Assembly: GCA_038496445.1 (NCBI GenBank)
Contig: JALMLS010000228.1
Coordinates: forward strand, 186,001 to 250,000
DNA: 64,000 nucleotides
Direction: 5' to 3'
DNA from: Trichosphaerium sp. ATCC 40318
Taxonomy: Eukaryota; Protista; Tubulinea
Below the pieces are notes generated by a model. The model made no database searches. It saw nothing but the letters and a program-made list of their open reading frames with translations, and had not been told where the DNA came from. The position numbers and the translations under genes are program-made. The first letter of the stretch is position 1. Every line of letters starts with the position of its first letter. Shown here piece by piece: positions 63,292 to 64,000 of the stretch.

Positions 63292-63663
63292 TGTTATAGA
63301 CTTGTAGGCGTGAGTTATCTTTCTCAACATTAAATTAAGTCATTGCACGAAAATACGTTTGTTGAATACATGTTGGACAAATTATTCTTTTGCATAATTA
63401 ATTCACTTGAGCATTCCAATAGTTGAAGATGTATGACTGGTTTATGGTTCCCTGTCGACATTACTAAAGGCTCAGCAACAAGTGATCAGTAAATCACTTT
63501 CTACCACATGGTACATGTTTTATTTTGACACGTGCTATACAAGTTGTACCAAATACTTAGTCATGGCAGGGATTGTCAGGAATGGTAGAACCTGATGACT
63601 ACAAACGTTTTTGGGTTCAGTTATGACTTTACTGTACTAATATCGTGGGTAACTTCTGTTCGG

Positions 63664-64000
63664 TTATTCGTTGTCCCATCCTAAATTTCGTGCTTGCTTT
63701 CTACTTCTTGCCTTTTTTCGTTTTGCATCTCTACAATTATGGCGATTCCTATTAAGGTCTCTGTGAGTTGGATCTGTGTACACAGTTACAGGAAGTTGTC
63801 CTAATTCATATCTCTCTTTAGCAAGCAGTTCAACATACGACACTAAATAACAAAAAAATTAGCTAAAAAATATGGTTCTTTGCAAGTCACGTGCCAGAAC
63901 GGTGTCTTCCTATTAGACAACCTATAGCAATAGTAGCAGAGATTGTATCTTCGCAATTATCAAGATCAATATCGTTTTCAAGGAAAGTTATGATGGAGTC
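63664..64000 (-). CDS. RapZ/YvcJ C-terminal-domain-like protein (3' part; 5' end outside window)
   Basis: TIAIGCLIGRHRS|VSYVELLA...HRDL, joined through a GC-AG intron at 63843-63894. Confidence 0.75.

Noticed and set aside
1-64000. Alternative nuclear genetic code
   Set aside because: Conserved genes translate with the standard code and end in TAA, TAG or TGA; apparent internal stops are explained by introns or pseudogenes.

Overview
Gene-dense, AT-rich, intron-rich eukaryotic nuclear DNA from a protist. The 5S rRNA and a DUSE-like snRNA promoter look amoebozoan-like, but the taxon cannot be proven. Most genes are split by short spliceosomal introns, so the ORF track shows only exon fragments. 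Reassembled by eye, the window holds: a SAP-domain-fused major vault protein, PSMG4, Rictor, a YTH protein, VPS36, ZC3H3-like, PRL phosphatase, NMD3, a cAMP-receptor-like GPCR, a PNP_UDP-like/ankyrin/TKL kinase, SEC22, an arylsulfatase, a large ARM protein, SEM1/DSS1, a ubiquitin-like protein, DUS1 and a RapZ-C-like protein. Interspersed accessory genes include an intronless F-box/LRR family with pseudogenes, MORN-repeat relics, a bacterial-looking secreted repeat protein and a tRNA-derived SINE with target-site duplication. Main discoveries: (1) one spliced ORF encoding signal peptide + Reeler + Cys-rich domain + GPI/TM-like segment + a second, internal signal peptide whose cleavage would expose an N-terminal His of an LPMO-like (histidine-brace) domain; (2) a 5S rRNA gene inside an NMD3 intron and a U4 snRNA gene inside a DUS1 intron; (3) four frame-supported GC-AG introns that all use the donor GCACGTG, which contains a CACGTG palindrome enriched roughly 8-9 fold across the window; (4) two unexplained structured intergenic RNA candidates. 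All exon boundaries and counts were read manually and are approximate.
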